Shown: in pieces, positions 61,659-64,000 of the stretch
How the letters are laid out: each line of letters opens with the position of its first letter
Position numbering within the stretch: position 1 is the stretch's first letter
Assembly (NCBI GenBank): GCA_002269645.1
Contig: NIVC01000152.1
Coordinates: 558,001-622,000 of the forward strand
DNA from: Macrostomum lignano
Lineage: Eukaryota
Length of the DNA: 64,000 nt
Direction: 5' to 3'
Program-made: the position numbers and the translations under genes
Notes under the pieces: generated by a model
The model's database searches: none
What the model was told of the DNA's origin: nothing
Seen by the model: the letters and a program-made list of their open reading frames with translations, nothing else

Positions 61659-61917
61659 ATGTCGAGCCATCTAAACAGCAGCATGTTCAGCATGAGCAGC
61701 CACTTGGCCAATCTTGACAGCCGAATTCAAACTTGGCTGGCAGTGGCCGAGTCCAGTCCCTGCTTCCCGGCCGCTGCCAACGCTGTCGCCGCCGCAGCGG
61801 CAGCCTCAGGCCGGTGCCCGTCGTCAACTGACAGCTCCGAGATGCAGTCCGACGGGCGAGGCAGCGTCAACAGGACTTCGCCTGACGCTGATGGCAACCA
61901 CGCTGCGGCTGGCCTGG
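61659..61917 (+). CDS. Probable first coding exon of an unidentified gene (Ser/Ala-rich, 86 aa)
   Basis: ATG, GC-rich poly-Ala coding style like the Nck exon, CTG G|GTACGT donor, CCAAT about 80 bp upstream, minisatellite starting just after the donor. No recognisable domain. Confidence 0.5.
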
Positions 61918-61932
61918 GTACGTGCCTTCGGG

Positions 61933-64000
61933 TGGATGTCTCTTGCAATCTGGTCAGAGGAGCGGATGACTCTTGGAATCTGGTCAGAGGAGCGGATGTC
62001 TCTTGCAATCTGGTCAGAGAGGGCGGATGACTCTTGGAATCTGGTCAGAGAGGGCGGATGTCTCTTGCAATCTGGTCAGAGGAGCGGATGACTCTTGGAA
62101 TCTGGTCAGAGGGGGTGGATGTCTCTTGCAATCTGGTCAGAGAGGGCGGATGTCTTGCAATCTGGTCAGAGGAGCGGATGACTCTTGGAATCTGGTCAGA
62201 GAGGGCGGATGTCTCTTGCAATTGGTCAGAGGGGGCGGATGACTCTTGCAATCTGGTCAAAGGGGGCGGATGTCTCTTGGAATCTGGTCAGAGAGGGCGG
62301 ATGTCTCTTGCAATTGGTCAGAGGGGGGATGACTCTTGCAATCTGGTCAAAGGGGGCGGATGTCTCTTGGAATCTGGTCAGAGAGGGCGGATGTCTCTTG
62401 CAATCTGGTCAGAGAGGGCGGATGTCTCTTGGAATCTGGTCAGAGAGGGCGGATGTCTCTTGCAATCTGGTCAGAGAGGGCGGATGTCTCTTGCAATCTG
62501 GTCAGAGGGGGCGGATGAATCTTGGAATCTGGTCAGAGAGGGCGGATGACTCTTGCAATCTGGTCAGAGAGGGCGGATGTCTCTTGCAATCTGGTCAGAG
62601 GGGGCGGATGTCTCTTGGAATCTGGTCAGAGAGGGCGGATGACTCTTGGAATCTGGTCAGAGAGGGCGGATGTCTCTTGGAATCTGGTCAGAGAGGGCGG
62701 ATGTCTCTTGCAATCTGGTCAGAGGGGGCGGATGACTATTGGAATCTGGTCAGAGAGGGCGGATGTCTCTTGCAATCTGGTCAGAGGGGGCGGATGTCTC
62801 TTGGAATCTGGTCAGAGAGGGCGGATGACTCTTGGAATCTGGTCAGAGAGGGCGGATGTCTCTTGGAATCTGGTCAGAGAGGGCGGATGTCTCTTGCAAT
62901 CTGGTCAGAGGGGGCGGATGACTATTGGAATCTGGTCAGAGAGGGCGGATGTCTCTTGCAATTGGTCAGAGAGGGCGAGTGTCTCTTGGAATCTGGTCAG
63001 AGGGGGCGAGTGACTCTTGGAATCAGTTCAGAGAGGGCGAGTGACTCTTGGAATCTGGTCAGAGAGGGCGAGTGTCTCTTGCAATCTGGTCAGAGGGGGC
63101 GAGTGACTCTTGGAATCAGTTCAGAGAGGGCGAGTGACTCTTGCAATCAGTTCAGAGAGGGCGAGTGTCTCTTGGAATCTGGTCAGAGGAGCGGATTTCT
63201 TTTGCAATCTAGTCAGAGAGGGCGGATGTCTCTTGGAATCTGGTCAGAGGGGGCGAGTGACTCTTGGAATCTGGTCAGAGGGGGCGAGTGACTCTTGGAA
63301 TCTGGTCAGAGGGGGCGAGTGTCTCTTGGAATCTGGTCAGAGGGGCGAGTGTCTCTTGGAATCTGGTCAGAGAGGGACGCTTTCATAAGACCTAAATTTC
63401 ACAACGCCTAAAACCACTACACTTCACAACGCCTAAATTTCATATCGCCTAAATTTCACAACGCCTAAAACCGAAAATGCAGCCTCCTTCACATCGCCTA
63501 AATTTCATATCGCCTAAATTTCAAAACGCCTAAAATATATGCAGCCTCCTTCACAACGCCTAAATTTCATATTGCCTAAATTTCACAACGCCTAAAACCT
63601 TTGCTTCTCTCCTTCACATTCAGTTTTAGGTGTTATGAAATTTAGGCGATATGAAATTTAGGCGATATGAAGGAGCGTGCAGAAATTTTAGGCGTTGTGA
63701 AATTTAGGCGATGTGAAATTTAGGTGATGTGAAGTCATGTGCTTTAGGCGTTGTGAAATTTAGGTCTTATGAAGCGCCCCCGTCAGAGAGGGCGGATGAC
63801 TATTGGAATCTGGTCAGAGGGGGCGAGTGTCTCTTGGAATCTGGTCAGAGGGGGCGAGTGTCTCTTGGAATCTGGTCAGAGGGGGCGGATGACTATTGCA
63901 ATCTGGTCAGAGGGGGCGAGTGTCTCTTGGAATCTGGTCAGAGGGGGCGAGTGTCTCTTGGAATCTGGTCAGAGGGGGCGGATGACTATTGCAATCTGGT
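61933..64000. repeat. 31-bp minisatellite (GGAATCTGGTCAGAGAGGGCGGATGTCTCTT), interrupted by a MITE at 63374-63781
   Basis: Direct inspection; runs off the right edge. Confidence 0.95.
63374..63781. mobile_element. Foldback-type MITE (about 408 bp) inserted in the 31-bp array
   Basis: Near-perfect terminal inverted arms (TTCATAAGACCTAAATTTCACAACGCCTAAA and its reverse complement), internal ~16-bp CGCCTAAATTTCA repeats in opposite orientation in the two halves, and host GTCAGAGA(G) duplicated on both sides. Confidence 0.85.

Overview
Eukaryotic (animal) genomic DNA. The GC-rich exons and minisatellite-packed introns suggest a free-living flatworm such as Macrostomum; this is an inference from style only. 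Three spliced genes were rebuilt by hand with phase-consistent GT-AG junctions. (1) CASK/lin-2 on the minus strand: 8 exons from 35069 down to 1714, covering the CaMK-like domain and the start of the first L27 domain, continuing off the left edge. (2) Nck/dock (SH3-SH3-SH3-SH2, 529 aa, 3 exons, 39155-47210, plus), head-to-head with CASK. (3) A tetraspanin (5 exons, 56468-49791, minus), tail-to-tail with Nck. A probable first exon of an unidentified gene starts at 61659. Roughly a third of the window is tandem repeat (about 25 arrays, units 16-35 bp), which accounts for almost all of the long ORFs in the supplied track. Mobile elements include tRNA-derived SINEs, two TIR elements inserted into minisatellites with target-site duplications, and a decayed, intron-containing Mutator (MULE) transposase with an N-terminal PHD finger lying between the CASK and Nck starts. 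The most notable items are that PHD-MULE fossil, a Penelope-type hammerhead ribozyme motif in Nck intron 2, inverted minisatellites bracketing the same intron, a hairpin minisatellite born inside a SINE, a candidate CaMK-less CASK first exon, and the tendency of arrays to sit against splice sites of GC-rich exons while avoiding the 25-40 kb region. All coordinates were counted by eye and may be off by a few bases, especially repeat edges.
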